From Clostridia bacterium (GTDB lineage: Bacteria > Bacillota > Clostridia > Oscillospirales > CAG-272): a stretch of 64,000 bases of DNA. Below the pieces are notes generated by a model that did no database searches, was not told the origin of the DNA, and saw only the letters and a program-made list of their open reading frames with translations. The stretch spans positions 38,221 to 102,220 of the forward strand of contig JAFTXZ010000002.1 in the NCBI GenBank assembly GCA_017461385.1. Direction: 5' to 3'. The position numbers and the translations under genes are program-made. This document shows positions 19,004 to 29,039 of this stretch, in pieces (positions within the stretch are counted from its first letter, which is position 1; each line of letters starts with the position of its first letter).

Positions 19004-19047
19004 CTGTAATCTCCTGTAAAAGTATAACAAGATTACTTGTCATTTGA

Positions 19048-20124
19048 TTAATCGTTTTTCTTGAATAGAGAATAAAACTCCTGATCTCTTTCACCAATTA
19101 ATGAAAGGATTTGCATGGAGCTTGTGCTCATTGCACCCTTTATTGTTCTGTGTGCAGTATTTCGCAAAAGGTCGATTTTATCATCTCTTGTGTAGTTTGG
19201 ACTATCTAATAGATCGCTTGCTCTCTGGGCAATTGCATCTGAGGCTAGATCTGCTGATTCAATTCTTGCAGGGTTAGAGAGAAGGTTGATAACTCGTCTT
19301 GGCTCTAGCTCCTCAAACGGTGTACTTCTTGAAAGTAAAAGCAATTGTGAGCAGGGCGTTTTGCCATAGCCTCGGGAAATTGATGAGCAAATTGAGCCAC
19401 CGCCAATATATGAGCGAGCTCCACTATTGTCAGGATTAATTCCCATAATAAGCACCTTGTCAATGATTGAGAGGGCGTCCTCCACCGATTTATTATAATC
19501 CTTAGGTGCGAAGTAGCCGGTCAAATCAATTGAGTAGAACTTTTCCTTTTGAATTAGTGAGAATTCGCCCTCGTAATATCTCTCAAGAGAGGTAAATATT
19601 CTTTTAACCTCTGAATATTTTCCGTTCTCAAAGGCGTCGGTTGCACGGGCATAAATTGCCTCCTCAACCTCTTGTCTTAATGAAAAACAAGCGTAGCATC
19701 TGTAAGGACCGCGAGGGTTATTGTTAATGCTTTCGTTAATAATGGCAAGTGCGCCGAAGGAAATATTGGGGTCGTCCTTAAATCTGGTTACACTTGTTTT
19801 ATTGGTTGATAGATAATAAAGATGATAAACTCCGAAAAACTTCTTGTATTCCTGTGGCAGGTAGCTGTCTGTTGATTGCACCTTGTTAGGATTGAAGGAT
19901 GTAGAGCATAGCTCGTCAAGAGAAACGTTAAAGCGTTCCTTAATTATATTAAGGTCGGCAATTGAAAACATACTGTTGTGGCATACGTTTAAGTAATTGC
20001 TGATTGTGGATTTTGCAGTGATTCCCAAAACGCTTGCAAGGTCTGCTTGTCTTAGTCCCTTTACGTCTAGAAGCTGCTGCACGTTAGTTTTAATTATTGT
20101 GTTGATATCTCTTTCGTTTGTCAT
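19048..20124 (-). CDS. XRE/Cro-type HTH protein with large uncharacterised C-terminal domain
   Basis: KGLRQADLASVLGITAKSTISNYL...FNVSLDELC; start ATG 20124 with AAGGAG RBS. Confidence 0.8.
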   Translation of the reverse strand: MTNERDINTIIKTNVQQLLDVKGLRQADLASVLGITAKSTISNYLNVCHNSMFSIADLNIIKERFNVSLDELCSTSFNPNKVQSTDSYLPQEYKKFFGVYHLYYLSTNKTSVTRFKDDPNISFGALAIINESINNNPRGPYRCYACFSLRQEVEEAIYARATDAFENGKYSEVKRIFTSLERYYEGEFSLIQKEKFYSIDLTGYFAPKDYNKSVEDALSIIDKVLIMGINPDNSGARSYIGGGSICSSISRGYGKTPCSQLLLLSRSTPFEELEPRRVINLLSNPARIESADLASDAIAQRASDLLDSPNYTRDDKIDLLRNTAHRTIKGAMSTSSMQILSLIGERDQEFYSLFKKND

Positions 20125-20202
20125 TAGTATTCTCCTTTTTGGCATTGGAGGGGTAAAAAACACAACGGTTTCAAAGGTCCCTTCATATCGCCCATCATAA
20201 GT

Positions 20203-20232
20203 ATTTTAACATAAGGGCACTTGGAGTGTCAA
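20203..20232 (-). promoter_or_regulatory. Promoter for the HTH-RSH operon
   Basis: Minus strand TTGACA-18 bp-TAAAAT with TG extension. Confidence 0.55.
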
Positions 20233-20416
20233 CTAAATATGTACTAAAGAAAAGAAAAATTTGAAAAAGTATTCCAAAAAACATAAAAATAATCGAAATA
20301 GCTACTGAATTTTTGAAAAATAACTTAAAAATCCATATAAATTTTGCAATTTTGAACCAAAAATAATATGATTACAAAAAATTGAACTATAAATACGAAA
20401 AATACAAAAATGCCTA

Positions 20417-20445
20417 TTGACAGATAACGGGCGTTATGGTAGTAT
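20417..20445 (+). promoter_or_regulatory. Rightward promoter with palindrome in spacer
   Basis: TTGACA-17 bp-TAGTAT; spacer holds ATAACG-GG-CGTTAT (20424-20437). Confidence 0.55.
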
Positions 20446-20738
20446 ATTCCTCACCCGAAATAGCTGAAAAATGAGTAAGCCTATCCACTAAAGGGAGGAA
20501 TGAACTGCTACTAAAACAAGACGGAGATTTTCCCTTGGCAAAAATTGTTGTTTTTTGAAGTATTGTTCAAAAAATACGAACAAAAATATCAAGAAACTTT
20601 TTTGAAAGTCCATCGTTTTTAGTAAAAAATGGCAGATACTATAGTTGTCAGGGAAGATGCACAAGCATCTAACCGCGAATGCTTTATCTGTTAAAGGCAG
20701 ATTTGAATATAAGATTTTATGAAAGAGAGGAAAATAGA

Positions 20739-21473
20739 ATGGAAAACATCACACGTGAAAATCTATACAGAAGCTTCTTCGATGCTACAATCGGTCGTTT
20801 CTATTCTGAGGAGCAATCACTCAAGCTTTTAAGACTGTTTGCTCTTGAGGCAGGAATCGTAGAGGGTAGTGAGGAATACAACTCAATCGTTAATACAATT
20901 AAGGCAATCAACAAGGCAAATATCAGAAATTTCATCGAGTGTAATAACTTTGGCTTGCTTTGTGAGTTTGCATCACCATTCAGCGATGCTCGTTTGGCAG
21001 CTAGCGCTCTTTCAAAGTGCTATAGAGAAAGAAGAGATAGAGGTCAAGATGCTTATTCAAGCCCGGTTGAATGGCGTATAAACGTTTACAAGAACGCAAC
21101 GTCAAGACAAAATAAGCTTGAAATCGCCTACATAGAATATACTAACGGTCAGTTAGATAAGGCGCTTGAGGGCTTAAAGGGGCTTGCAAGCTCGGGTGAT
21201 ATTGAGGCGCTTAGCCACCTTGCAATAATCTGCTACGATGAGGGCAGATATGAGGATGCTTATTTGTATCTTTCACAGCTCAATAAGGTATTCGTTGAGG
21301 AGCTTTATTTAACAGAGGGCTGCGAATGGTCAAAGGGCTTAAGAAGCTACGTGTCCCTTTTGGTTTCTGAGGAGGCAGCTGAAAGACTTGATGAGCAGGT
21401 AAGAAATGAAAAGCCCTTCCTAACAAGACGTGGCTCAAACGGTATGAGCGTAGGAGGCTTTGTAAGAGGCTAA
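20739..21473 (+). CDS. Hypothetical helical protein with TPR/Sel1-like repeats
   Basis: EIAYIEYTNGQLDKALEGL and EALSHLAIICYDEGRYEDAYLYL; start ATG 20739 with GAGG RBS. Confidence 0.7.
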   Translation: MENITRENLYRSFFDATIGRFYSEEQSLKLLRLFALEAGIVEGSEEYNSIVNTIKAINKANIRNFIECNNFGLLCEFASPFSDARLAASALSKCYRERRDRGQDAYSSPVEWRINVYKNATSRQNKLEIAYIEYTNGQLDKALEGLKGLASSGDIEALSHLAIICYDEGRYEDAYLYLSQLNKVFVEELYLTEGCEWSKGLRSYVSLLVSEEAAERLDEQVRNEKPFLTRRGSNGMSVGGFVRG

Positions 21474-21520
21474 GGTCCGAGCTTGGGCTCGGACACACGC
21501 CCGAATTTTAGGAGGAAAAA

Positions 21521-23218
21521 ATGAATTTTACATCTTCAATAAATGATACATTAAGAGCCGAAAACCATCAATATTATGAGGACTCCAAGTGCATTGAATG
21601 CGCGCCGGGGCTCGACGTTAAAAACGGTAGATGGGTAAAGGTTGACGAAATTAAGGAGCTTGAGGAGCTAATGTGGCCTGTTTACTTTGATAAGGAGCAG
21701 GACAGAGCCCTTATGCTGCCAATGTCCCACTGTATGCTGACAGGTAGTACGGGTACAGGTAAATCCGAGGTAATTGTAAAGAATATTTTATCCCTTCTTT
21801 CTAATTACAAGGATGAAAAGAAGCCATCTTTTATGGTTACTGACCTTAAGGGTGATATCTCTGAACAGCTTGGCGAGAAGCTAATGGAAAGAGGCTATAA
21901 CGTATCGGTTTTAGATATGCGTAATTCCTTTGGCTCTGCAAGATATAATTTCCTTACTCAAATTTATGATGACTATCAGGAGGCAATGAGAATAAAGAAG
22001 GATTTGGCAAGCAACCAAATTACCTCTATATTTGACGGAGTTAAGTATGATTCTATAAAGGTTGCCCGTTCAAAGGCTACAATCAAATATCTAACACTCT
22101 TAGAGGGCGTTGAAAGAAGCGTGAATGAGCTTGCTATTATAATGGTTCCATGCGATGACCCTAAGAATAAATCCTGGGCAGACGGCGCAAGAACTATGTG
22201 TGAGGCGATTATGAGAACTATGCTTCGTGACTCTGAGGATCCAAGACTTGGAATGACAAGAGAAAAGTTCACAGTTGCTAACGTTGCAAGAATATCCTTC
22301 TCCACAGACGAAACCTGCTCAAAGATAATCTCTTGGCTGGAAAGGGCAGATGATATTCTCTGTGTAAGAAGTGCTCTTTCTGGTAACTATCGTCTATCTG
22401 CAAGAACAACAAGAGATGGCTACATAAGCACGCTTAATACACAGCTTGCACATTATGCAGCTGTATCAATAGCAGCTCTTACAGAAACTGCCGATGATAT
22501 TGATCTGAGAAAAATTGCAGAAAGTGATAAGCCTTATGCAATCTTCATAATCACTGACGACAGACAGGTTACTACAAATAACATCTGTATGATGTTTATG
22601 AACAACCTAATAAACGAGTTAACAAAGGCTGCAGACTCAAGAACTGAGCACTGCCTACCAAGAGATTTTATAATCCTGGCAGACGAGTTTGCGAATATGC
22701 CAGCGCTACCAAACATTTCTAACAAAATTACAACCCTTCGTTCGAGAAAAATCTGGATGATGATGGCAATTCAGTCTAATCAACAGCTGGATATGGTTTA
22801 TGGCACTAACCAAATGGAGATTTTAAGGGATAACTGCGACCTTCAAATATTTATAGGCTGTAACAATGACAAGACCAAGGAGGAGTTTGCACACTCTATG
22901 GGTCAGACCATAGGCTCTATAACCTCGTTTGCAATCTCTAATGACGGCTCAATCTCTGCTCAAAAGCAATCCAACAACGTTCCGGTTGTAAGAAGAAGCG
23001 ACCTTGACGCACTAGAGCTTGGCGAGTTTTATATTCGCTCAAGAAAGAGCCAGAATATGAGAAGTAGGATGACTCCTTACTTTATGCAAAGAGATAAGAA
23101 CGAAAAGCTTGCTCCAATAACAATAGTTCGTGAGTTTGATCCGAATGCAAATCGATATGATATTGCAGCTGTCCTAAAAACCTTAAGAGCTAAGCTTAAG
23201 GAATGGTACGATGATTAA
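21521..23218 (+). CDS. VirD4/TraG-like coupling-protein ATPase lacking transmembrane anchor
   Basis: Walker A TGSTGTGKS, VTDLKGDI, RYNFL, Walker B ILADEFANM, TLRSRKIWMMMAIQSNQQLDMVYG, NCD; no hydrophobic N-terminal helix. Confidence 0.85.
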   Translation: MNFTSSINDTLRAENHQYYEDSKCIECAPGLDVKNGRWVKVDEIKELEELMWPVYFDKEQDRALMLPMSHCMLTGSTGTGKSEVIVKNILSLLSNYKDEKKPSFMVTDLKGDISEQLGEKLMERGYNVSVLDMRNSFGSARYNFLTQIYDDYQEAMRIKKDLASNQITSIFDGVKYDSIKVARSKATIKYLTLLEGVERSVNELAIIMVPCDDPKNKSWADGARTMCEAIMRTMLRDSEDPRLGMTREKFTVANVARISFSTDETCSKIISWLERADDILCVRSALSGNYRLSARTTRDGYISTLNTQLAHYAAVSIAALTETADDIDLRKIAESDKPYAIFIITDDRQVTTNNICMMFMNNLINELTKAADSRTEHCLPRDFIILADEFANMPALPNISNKITTLRSRKIWMMMAIQSNQQLDMVYGTNQMEILRDNCDLQIFIGCNNDKTKEEFAHSMGQTIGSITSFAISNDGSISAQKQSNNVPVVRRSDLDALELGEFYIRSRKSQNMRSRMTPYFMQRDKNEKLAPITIVREFDPNANRYDIAAVLKTLRAKLKEWYDD

Positions 23219-23245
23219 GGCTAAGCAAATCTGATTTCCGTAAGG

Positions 23246-23284
23246 ATAGAGGCTACACGTATCGCGTGTAGCCTCTATATTTTT
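23246..23284 (+). terminator. Intrinsic terminator ending the TPR-VirD4 operon
   Basis: ATAGAGGCTACACG-TATCG-CGTGTAGCCTCTAT then T-rich. Confidence 0.75.
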
Positions 23285-23404
23285 CAAAGCTATTGAAAAA
23301 ATGACTCCCTTGTGCTATACTTGTAATATGGCAAATAAAAATTGCGATTTTTAATTAAAATTCCAAAAATTGCCACAGGAGTGTCTAAAAAGCAAGGAGA
23401 AAAT

Positions 23405-24184
23405 ATGGATAATAACGAAAAAAATCAAGCTTCTGAAAACATGCAGGAGCCTAATGAATCTAATATTGCAAGGCGAGAAAGACTTCTTGGCACTGATATG
23501 ACTGATAAAATCCACGATGATAAGGCTGAAATTACAAAGGGAAACTTTTTTGCAAACGTTTGGTACAGGTTTAAGTGGGCGATAATTGTTGTTGCTCTTT
23601 TTCTTGTTGTGATGATATATGGACTTGTTCATAGTGCACTACAAAAAACCTATGACCTGGATCTTTCGTATTTCGGACCGGTCTATGTGAAGTCCTCATT
23701 ACATGACGATATCCAAAAAATGCTTTCGGACCTAGCACAGGATTATAACGGAGACGGGGAAAAGAAAATCAATTTTACCTTTACCACCTATCAGGGGGAG
23801 GAAGGAATTGAGAATATTCCTGAAAATCAAGAGTTTTACAACGCAATCTTGACCGCCAATGCAAATACTGAGGCGCTTAAGGGCATGAATAGTCAGATAA
23901 ACTCTGGACACATTTCCTTTTACATTATGGATAAGGATATTTATGAAATGTATAAGGGGCACTTCATTACCGTTGAGGAAATTCTAGGCTATAAGCTTGA
24001 TAGCAGTAAGCTTTACGATTCTCGTGCAGTTTTGCTGGAGGAAACAATGCTTGATGATAGATACCCAACCCTTGCACCAATTTGCAAGGATTCGGTAATT
24101 TGTGTACAAAAAATATACACCACAAGTGAGGAAAAGCTGGAAAGCGCAAAGGCGCTTTTTAAGGCAATAGTTGAATTAGAATAA
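23405..24184 (+). CDS. Hypothetical single-pass membrane protein
   Basis: Start ATG 23405 (AGGAG RBS); NVWYRFKWAIIVVALFLVVMIYGL TM; DYNGDGE motif; promoter TTGAAA(23293)-17 bp-TATACT. Confidence 0.75.
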   Translation: MDNNEKNQASENMQEPNESNIARRERLLGTDMTDKIHDDKAEITKGNFFANVWYRFKWAIIVVALFLVVMIYGLVHSALQKTYDLDLSYFGPVYVKSSLHDDIQKMLSDLAQDYNGDGEKKINFTFTTYQGEEGIENIPENQEFYNAILTANANTEALKGMNSQINSGHISFYIMDKDIYEMYKGHFITVEEILGYKLDSSKLYDSRAVLLEETMLDDRYPTLAPICKDSVICVQKIYTTSEEKLESAKALFKAIVELE

Positions 24185-24185
24185 T

Positions 24186-24220
24186 AAAAAATGCTAACGA
24201 GCAATCGTTAGCATTTTTTT
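24186..24220. terminator. Bidirectional terminator
   Basis: AAAAAATGCTAACGA-GCAA-TCGTTAGCATTTTTT. Confidence 0.85.
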
Positions 24221-25445
24221 AATCAAAGTAGCTTTTATATTCAATATGTAAATCGCTCTCTGGAAATAAATATGCATACAAATCCACAAAGTAGTCGTCA
24301 GTCATGCTGGCTATGTAGTCAACAACGATTTGATTCTTTTCTTCGTTTTCGTAAGGGGTTGACCTTTCATAGTGAGCACCGGTTACATATTTTATGTGAT
24401 GGGTGAATATTGGAGAGGAGGTGTTGTTGCTTTCTAAATCTGAAAGTAGCCTTTCATACATTTCTCCCATCATAACCTTTACGGTTTTGTCGAGCAATTC
24501 TTGGTTTTGTGGACAGAGGTAGATTCTTGCATAGTTTTCTTCCTTGGAGACTCTTAATGCCTCGAAGTGCTTTTCGTCTAATTGAATGTAACCCTTTCCA
24601 TAGCTGTTTTCAACTATGTTAACAACTAGATTATTTATAATTTCTGCATTTTCAGTGCCGATGGCAGTGGGCGAGTAGGAGTCGGGAGAAATGTCCCTTG
24701 CCCTTTGTGCGTCCTGTCTGTCCTTTCCAAGATAAGCTATGATATCTGAAATTCTCATTACACAGCCCTCAAGAGTGGAGGGAACTAATCGCCTCACGTT
24801 TGATTTATCGAGATAACAGCCCTCAATCAGCTTGTCAAATTCCTCAAAGCTCTTTAGTGCTCTTGGCTCGTATTGACTAAGCTCCAGCTCGCCGTCGTGG
24901 CTTGCAATTCCACTAAGGGTTTGAAGACTGATATTCAATGGATAAATCTTGTCAAGAACACGCACGGAATGAATGTTGTGAGAAAAGCGTCTCCCCGTAT
25001 GTGCAGAATAAATTTGGTCAAGGTATTTTTCTCCTGCATGACCAAAGGGGGTGTGTCCGATGTCGTGGCCGAGAGCAATTGCCTCGATTAAATCAAGGTT
25101 AAGGTTTAAGCATTTGCCGATAGTTCTTGCAATTCTTGAAACTAACTGCACGTGTAAGGCACGTCTGGTGATATCGTCATTTTTGTAAAATGAGAACACC
25201 TGTGTTTTATCACTATATCTATTGTAGTAAGGACAATGCAGAATTTTGTCAATATCGCGTATGTAAGCAGAGCGCAAAACGTTTGCCATATCGCTTTTTC
25301 TTGGGCGACGCCTTATTGCCTCGCTATCCCTTGTGCTAAAGTCTACAAAGGATTGCTCTGCCTTTTCTTTTATAATTCTTTCGTTTAGCTCGGGGCTAAG
25401 CTCCTCGTAATGGAGCTTCCGATTAAAAGCACTTGATTCCTTCAT
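24219..25445 (-). CDS. dgt: dGTP triphosphohydrolase-like HD protein
   Basis: RDIDKILH, KTQVF, TRRALHVQLV, GHDIGHTPFGHAGE, SDIIAY, VDYIASMTD. Confidence 0.88.
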   Translation of the reverse strand: MKESSAFNRKLHYEELSPELNERIIKEKAEQSFVDFSTRDSEAIRRRPRKSDMANVLRSAYIRDIDKILHCPYYNRYSDKTQVFSFYKNDDITRRALHVQLVSRIARTIGKCLNLNLDLIEAIALGHDIGHTPFGHAGEKYLDQIYSAHTGRRFSHNIHSVRVLDKIYPLNISLQTLSGIASHDGELELSQYEPRALKSFEEFDKLIEGCYLDKSNVRRLVPSTLEGCVMRISDIIAYLGKDRQDAQRARDISPDSYSPTAIGTENAEIINNLVVNIVENSYGKGYIQLDEKHFEALRVSKEENYARIYLCPQNQELLDKTVKVMMGEMYERLLSDLESNNTSSPIFTHHIKYVTGAHYERSTPYENEEKNQIVVDYIASMTDDYFVDLYAYLFPESDLHIEYKSYFD

Positions 25446-25576
25446 AAACAACCCACCTTTCTTGTTATATTATAGCATAAAAGGCCTTTCAATTCAAGTT
25501 TTCTTTTAACTAAATATATGAACATATTTACAAATGAACATAAAATAAATAAAAGAATAAGAGGCGAAAAGCCTCT

Positions 25577-26299
25577 TTATTTCTTATTTTTCCTAAGTTT
25601 TTTGGCAAGCTTGTCAAGATAATCGTTTATTTGGCTTGAGTAGATAAGACCTAGCACAAGACCTAGAAGCGATAGGACGATTGAGCTAATAATTACAACA
25701 AGACCCCAACCGCTGTACGGAATTACCTCGCCTGACATAAAAAGCAGAGTTGCTCCTATTGAAGTTGCTCGTGTGAAAAACTGCATTATTGAAAAGGTGA
25801 AGATTGGGGTTTTTACCATTCCCGCAACTGAGCATAAAAGGTCATCTGGAAAAAAGGGAAGAAGAAAGGCAAAAAATAAAACTACATTTTCCTTTCCCTT
25901 CATTTTGGCAAGCCAACCGTCAATCTTTTTTGAATCTCCTGCCACCCAGTTCAGATAAGGTCTGCCAAGAACCTTTCCGAGAAAATATGCAAAATATGAG
26001 CCAAGCAAAAGACCTACGTAAGAATAAATAAAGGAAATCCACGGACCAAAAAGGTAGCTTCCAGCCAAAACTGTAACCGTTGAGGGTATAGGTATAATTG
26101 TAACCTGTAAGAAGGTTGCTAAAATAAAAATCAAGGGAGCAAGTGCCCCTTTTCCCTTAATGTATTCCTGTAATCCTTCTCTTGTTATGTTTGTTAGTCC
26201 TAAGTGCTCAAAAAGAAAATACACAAGAAGTATTAGCAAGCCAATACCAAAAAGAGAGAGCACAAGCCTTAAAATTGCTTGCTTATTTTCTTTCTTCAT
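25577..26299 (-). CDS. TVP38/TMEM64 (VTT/DedA-like) membrane protein
   Basis: LQVTIIPIPS, GYLFG-like segment, LLPFFPDDLLCSVAG; several TM helices. Confidence 0.85.
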   Translation of the reverse strand: MKKENKQAILRLVLSLFGIGLLILLVYFLFEHLGLTNITREGLQEYIKGKGALAPLIFILATFLQVTIIPIPSTVTVLAGSYLFGPWISFIYSYVGLLLGSYFAYFLGKVLGRPYLNWVAGDSKKIDGWLAKMKGKENVVLFFAFLLPFFPDDLLCSVAGMVKTPIFTFSIMQFFTRATSIGATLLFMSGEVIPYSGWGLVVIISSIVLSLLGLVLGLIYSSQINDYLDKLAKKLRKNKK

Positions 26300-26384
26300 A
26301 ATATTTCCTTATTATTGTAAACATTTAGCAAAAAAACAGTTAGTACATTATATAGCAACAAAAAGACAAAAAATGCAAATGCTA

Positions 26385-26415
26385 AAGAAAAAAGCACAGG
26401 CGCTTGCCTGCGCTT
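26385..26415 (-). terminator. Terminator after the LRR gene
   Basis: Minus strand AAGCGCAGGC-AAGC-GCCTGTGCTT followed by T tract. Confidence 0.65.
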
Positions 26416-26418
26416 AAG

Positions 26419-27177
26419 TTATTTTCTTTCCCAGTAAGCACAGCCGTCGTCAAAGTCCATTTTTGAAAGCATTTCTGCATTCTTTTCAGGATCTGAAAGG
26501 TCAAGCGTGTAGTCAGTATCATTATAAACACAATGCCAAGTCCAGCCCTCTGGATTTTCAAATGTAACTCGCTTCAAGCCGTAACAGCTTCTGAAGGCAA
26601 GTGAGCCTATGCGCTCAACTCCCTTAGGAATAGTAATGTCAACAAGCTCGTAGCAATGCTCAAATGCGTCCTCCTCGATTTCAACTGTCTTTGTGGAAAC
26701 AGGGAAGACCTTTAGGGCTTCACACCCACTAAAGATACCCTCTGAAATTGAGTCGGTTGGATTGATTGTCTCAAGGGCTTTGCATTCGTAAAAGGCATAG
26801 GGTCCTATATAGCAATCAGGCACGTGTGCAAAGGCAAGAGATGAGCAACCGGAAAATGCGCCTCTGCCAATAAAAGACACGTGGCAGGGAATATCTATCG
26901 ACTTAAGCGAGGTGCAATAATTAAATGCGTAGTCGCCTATTTCAAACATTGAGGTGAAGTCCTTGTGAGCGTAGTAGTCCTTTTCACAGGGAAAGGTAAC
27001 GGCTTCAAGCTGTGAACAGTCCTTGAACGCCTGCTCCTCAATTCCAACGACTAAAAGACCATTAACCTCAAGAGGAATTTCAACACTCTGTGCGTCCTTT
27101 TCACAATCTATAATGACACAGGTGCTTTCAAAGCTATCTGGCCTTAGGGTTAGCTTTTCGTATTTGATATCTTCCAT
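26419..27177 (-). CDS. Cytoplasmic BspA-type LRR protein
   Basis: IGDYAFNYCTSLKSIDIP and IGSLAFRSCYGLKRVTF repeats; start ATG 27177 with AGGAG RBS. Confidence 0.85.
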   Translation of the reverse strand: MEDIKYEKLTLRPDSFESTCVIIDCEKDAQSVEIPLEVNGLLVVGIEEQAFKDCSQLEAVTFPCEKDYYAHKDFTSMFEIGDYAFNYCTSLKSIDIPCHVSFIGRGAFSGCSSLAFAHVPDCYIGPYAFYECKALETINPTDSISEGIFSGCEALKVFPVSTKTVEIEEDAFEHCYELVDITIPKGVERIGSLAFRSCYGLKRVTFENPEGWTWHCVYNDTDYTLDLSDPEKNAEMLSKMDFDDGCAYWERK

Positions 27178-27279
27178 AATAAAGCTCCTTATTTGGTATA
27201 TAAACATTGTATCACGGTTAGTAGAATTTGTAAAGTAAATTCCAAAAAATATTAAAAATCATACACTCCAAGGGACTTT

Positions 27280-27693
27280 TTATTCCTCTGAAACATAATT
27301 TTTAATGATTTCATCATACTGCGGAAAGTGCTTTGACAAAGCAATAGGCATACCAGATGAGTTAACAAAGCAATGGTGGCTTTTCGCACTAAAAACAACC
27401 TGGTCGTTTTCATCAAGCATAGTGTATGAAAAGGTCAATTTCACTCGCTTGTATTCTGTAATTTTGACGCAAACTCGTACACTCTGTCCAAAGGTTGTGG
27501 GCTTTTTATACTGACACTCAATGCCAATTACAGGGGAAATAATACCTGCCTTTTCCATTGATTCATAGCTACAGCCAGCCTGCTCTAAAAAATCGACACG
27601 TGCCTCCTCCATTAGCCTTACGTAATTGGAGTGGTGAGTAATACCCATTTTGTCTGTTTCGTAGTAATTTATCTTTCTTATGTAGTCCTGCAT
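27280..27693 (-). CDS. YbgC/FadM-family acyl-CoA thioesterase
   Basis: YYETDKMGITHHSNYVRLMEEAR hot-dog fold motif. Confidence 0.88.
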   Translation of the reverse strand: MQDYIRKINYYETDKMGITHHSNYVRLMEEARVDFLEQAGCSYESMEKAGIISPVIGIECQYKKPTTFGQSVRVCVKITEYKRVKLTFSYTMLDENDQVVFSAKSHHCFVNSSGMPIALSKHFPQYDEIIKNYVSEE

Positions 27694-27786
27694 AAAAATT
27701 CCTTTCTAACTTACTAAAAAGCATTTTATCACAAGGAGCTTGAAATTTCAACAAAAAACAGAGAGCCAAAAGACTCCCTGTGTCGT

Positions 27787-28344
27787 TTATTTAAGCTTCT
27801 TACCCTCTGAAAAGGCGTCTCCAACTCGCTCACCTAATACGTAATATACGTGGTTCATTCCGTCATAGGTAATAGGTCTCAGCTTATCTGGGTCAATTTT
27901 CCCGTTTGTCAATATGCTTTCTTCAGCACACACGTTTACAATTTCGCCTACTAAACGGCAGGAATCCTCGTCATAGCTTTTTAGCTTGCATTCTACTGCC
28001 ATAGGTAGCTCGCAAATGATAGGAGCATTAACAATTTGGCTCTTTTCCGTGTGGAAGCCAGCTATTTCCAGCTTGTTAGGCACGTCGTTTCCTGAAACAA
28101 TGCCTACGTAGTCGCAAGGAGCAACTGTGTCAGCAGTTGCCATGCTAACGGTAAAAGCACCATTCAAAAGAATATTTTTAGTAGTTTTATGTTCAGCACT
28201 GATACAAATTGAAATCTCGTTTTCCTCGCTTATTCCACCCCATGCAGCATTCATTGCATTAGCAATCCCGTTTTCGTCGTAGGTGCCGATAATTAATACA
28301 GGCTGTGGGTAAATTAGAGGCTTAACGCCAAAGCTTTTTCTCAT
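27787..28344 (-). CDS. Flavin reductase-like (flavoredoxin) protein
   Basis: YPQPVLIIGTYD, NAMNAAWGG, HKTTKNI, DYVGIVSG, APIICELPMAVEC; start ATG 28344. Confidence 0.88.
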   Translation of the reverse strand: MRKSFGVKPLIYPQPVLIIGTYDENGIANAMNAAWGGISEENEISICISAEHKTTKNILLNGAFTVSMATADTVAPCDYVGIVSGNDVPNKLEIAGFHTEKSQIVNAPIICELPMAVECKLKSYDEDSCRLVGEIVNVCAEESILTNGKIDPDKLRPITYDGMNHVYYVLGERVGDAFSEGKKLK

Positions 28345-28519
28345 AGCAATCGTCTCCTTTTTGTAAATTACAAGACAATTATACAACAAAAAGCGCAGAA
28401 TATCAATACGGAGATTTAGAGAAAAGAAAACGCTTTTGTTTTTGCATGAAGGCTACGAAAAAGATATTTTTCGAGGGTTGCCACTAGGATTTGAACTCCT
28501 ACGGATTTAACGACACCAT

Positions 28520-28975
28520 TTAATGTTCTATTTGAAAGCCTATTTTTTCTACAAACTCAATTACTTCGGGTACGTAATCCAAATGGAACAAATTCTTGTT
28601 CTTATCATTTTTGAACATAAGATACGGTAAACGCCCACGTCCTCCTGATCTCCACTTTACCTTTCTTATATCATGTAGAAAAACGATTTTTTCACGCTTT
28701 TTGAAAAATGGATATTCAATGACTTTGATCTCTTCGCTTTCTATTTCAATGTATGCATGATTCATATTGTAACAAATCGGTGGTATCAAAAATACAAAAA
28801 GAACAATGCAGAAAAAAGTAATGAGAAAAGGCAATATGGTTTTCGCATCAATTGAAATTACAATTCCAACCATAAAAAAGACGGTGGCAAGACATACAAA
28901 AAACGAAATAAGAACTACTGTAATCCATTTCGGAGTTTTTCCACGCGGCGTCCTACCATACATATAGAATTTCAT
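28520..28975 (-). CDS. Hypothetical membrane protein (2 TM plus PH-like tail)
   Basis: RBS AGGCGG, two hydrophobic helices. Confidence 0.65.
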   Translation of the reverse strand: MKFYMYGRTPRGKTPKWITVVLISFFVCLATVFFMVGIVISIDAKTILPFLITFFCIVLFVFLIPPICYNMNHAYIEIESEEIKVIEYPFFKKREKIVFLHDIRKVKWRSGGRGRLPYLMFKNDKNKNLFHLDYVPEVIEFVEKIGFQIEH

Positions 28976-29039
28976 TTTTCCACCGCCTTTCTGTGTTTAT
29001 TATAGCATATTTTCGCCCAAAAATCAACTATCAATTAGC

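Noticed and set aside
21521-23218. Intact ICE or conjugation system
   Set aside because: No relaxase, VirB4, VirB6, integrase or att repeats in the window, and the protein lacks a TM anchor
24219-25445. Anti-phage dGTPase
   Set aside because: Ordinary Bacillota dgt-like protein in a housekeeping neighbourhood; nothing in the sequence distinguishes a defence role
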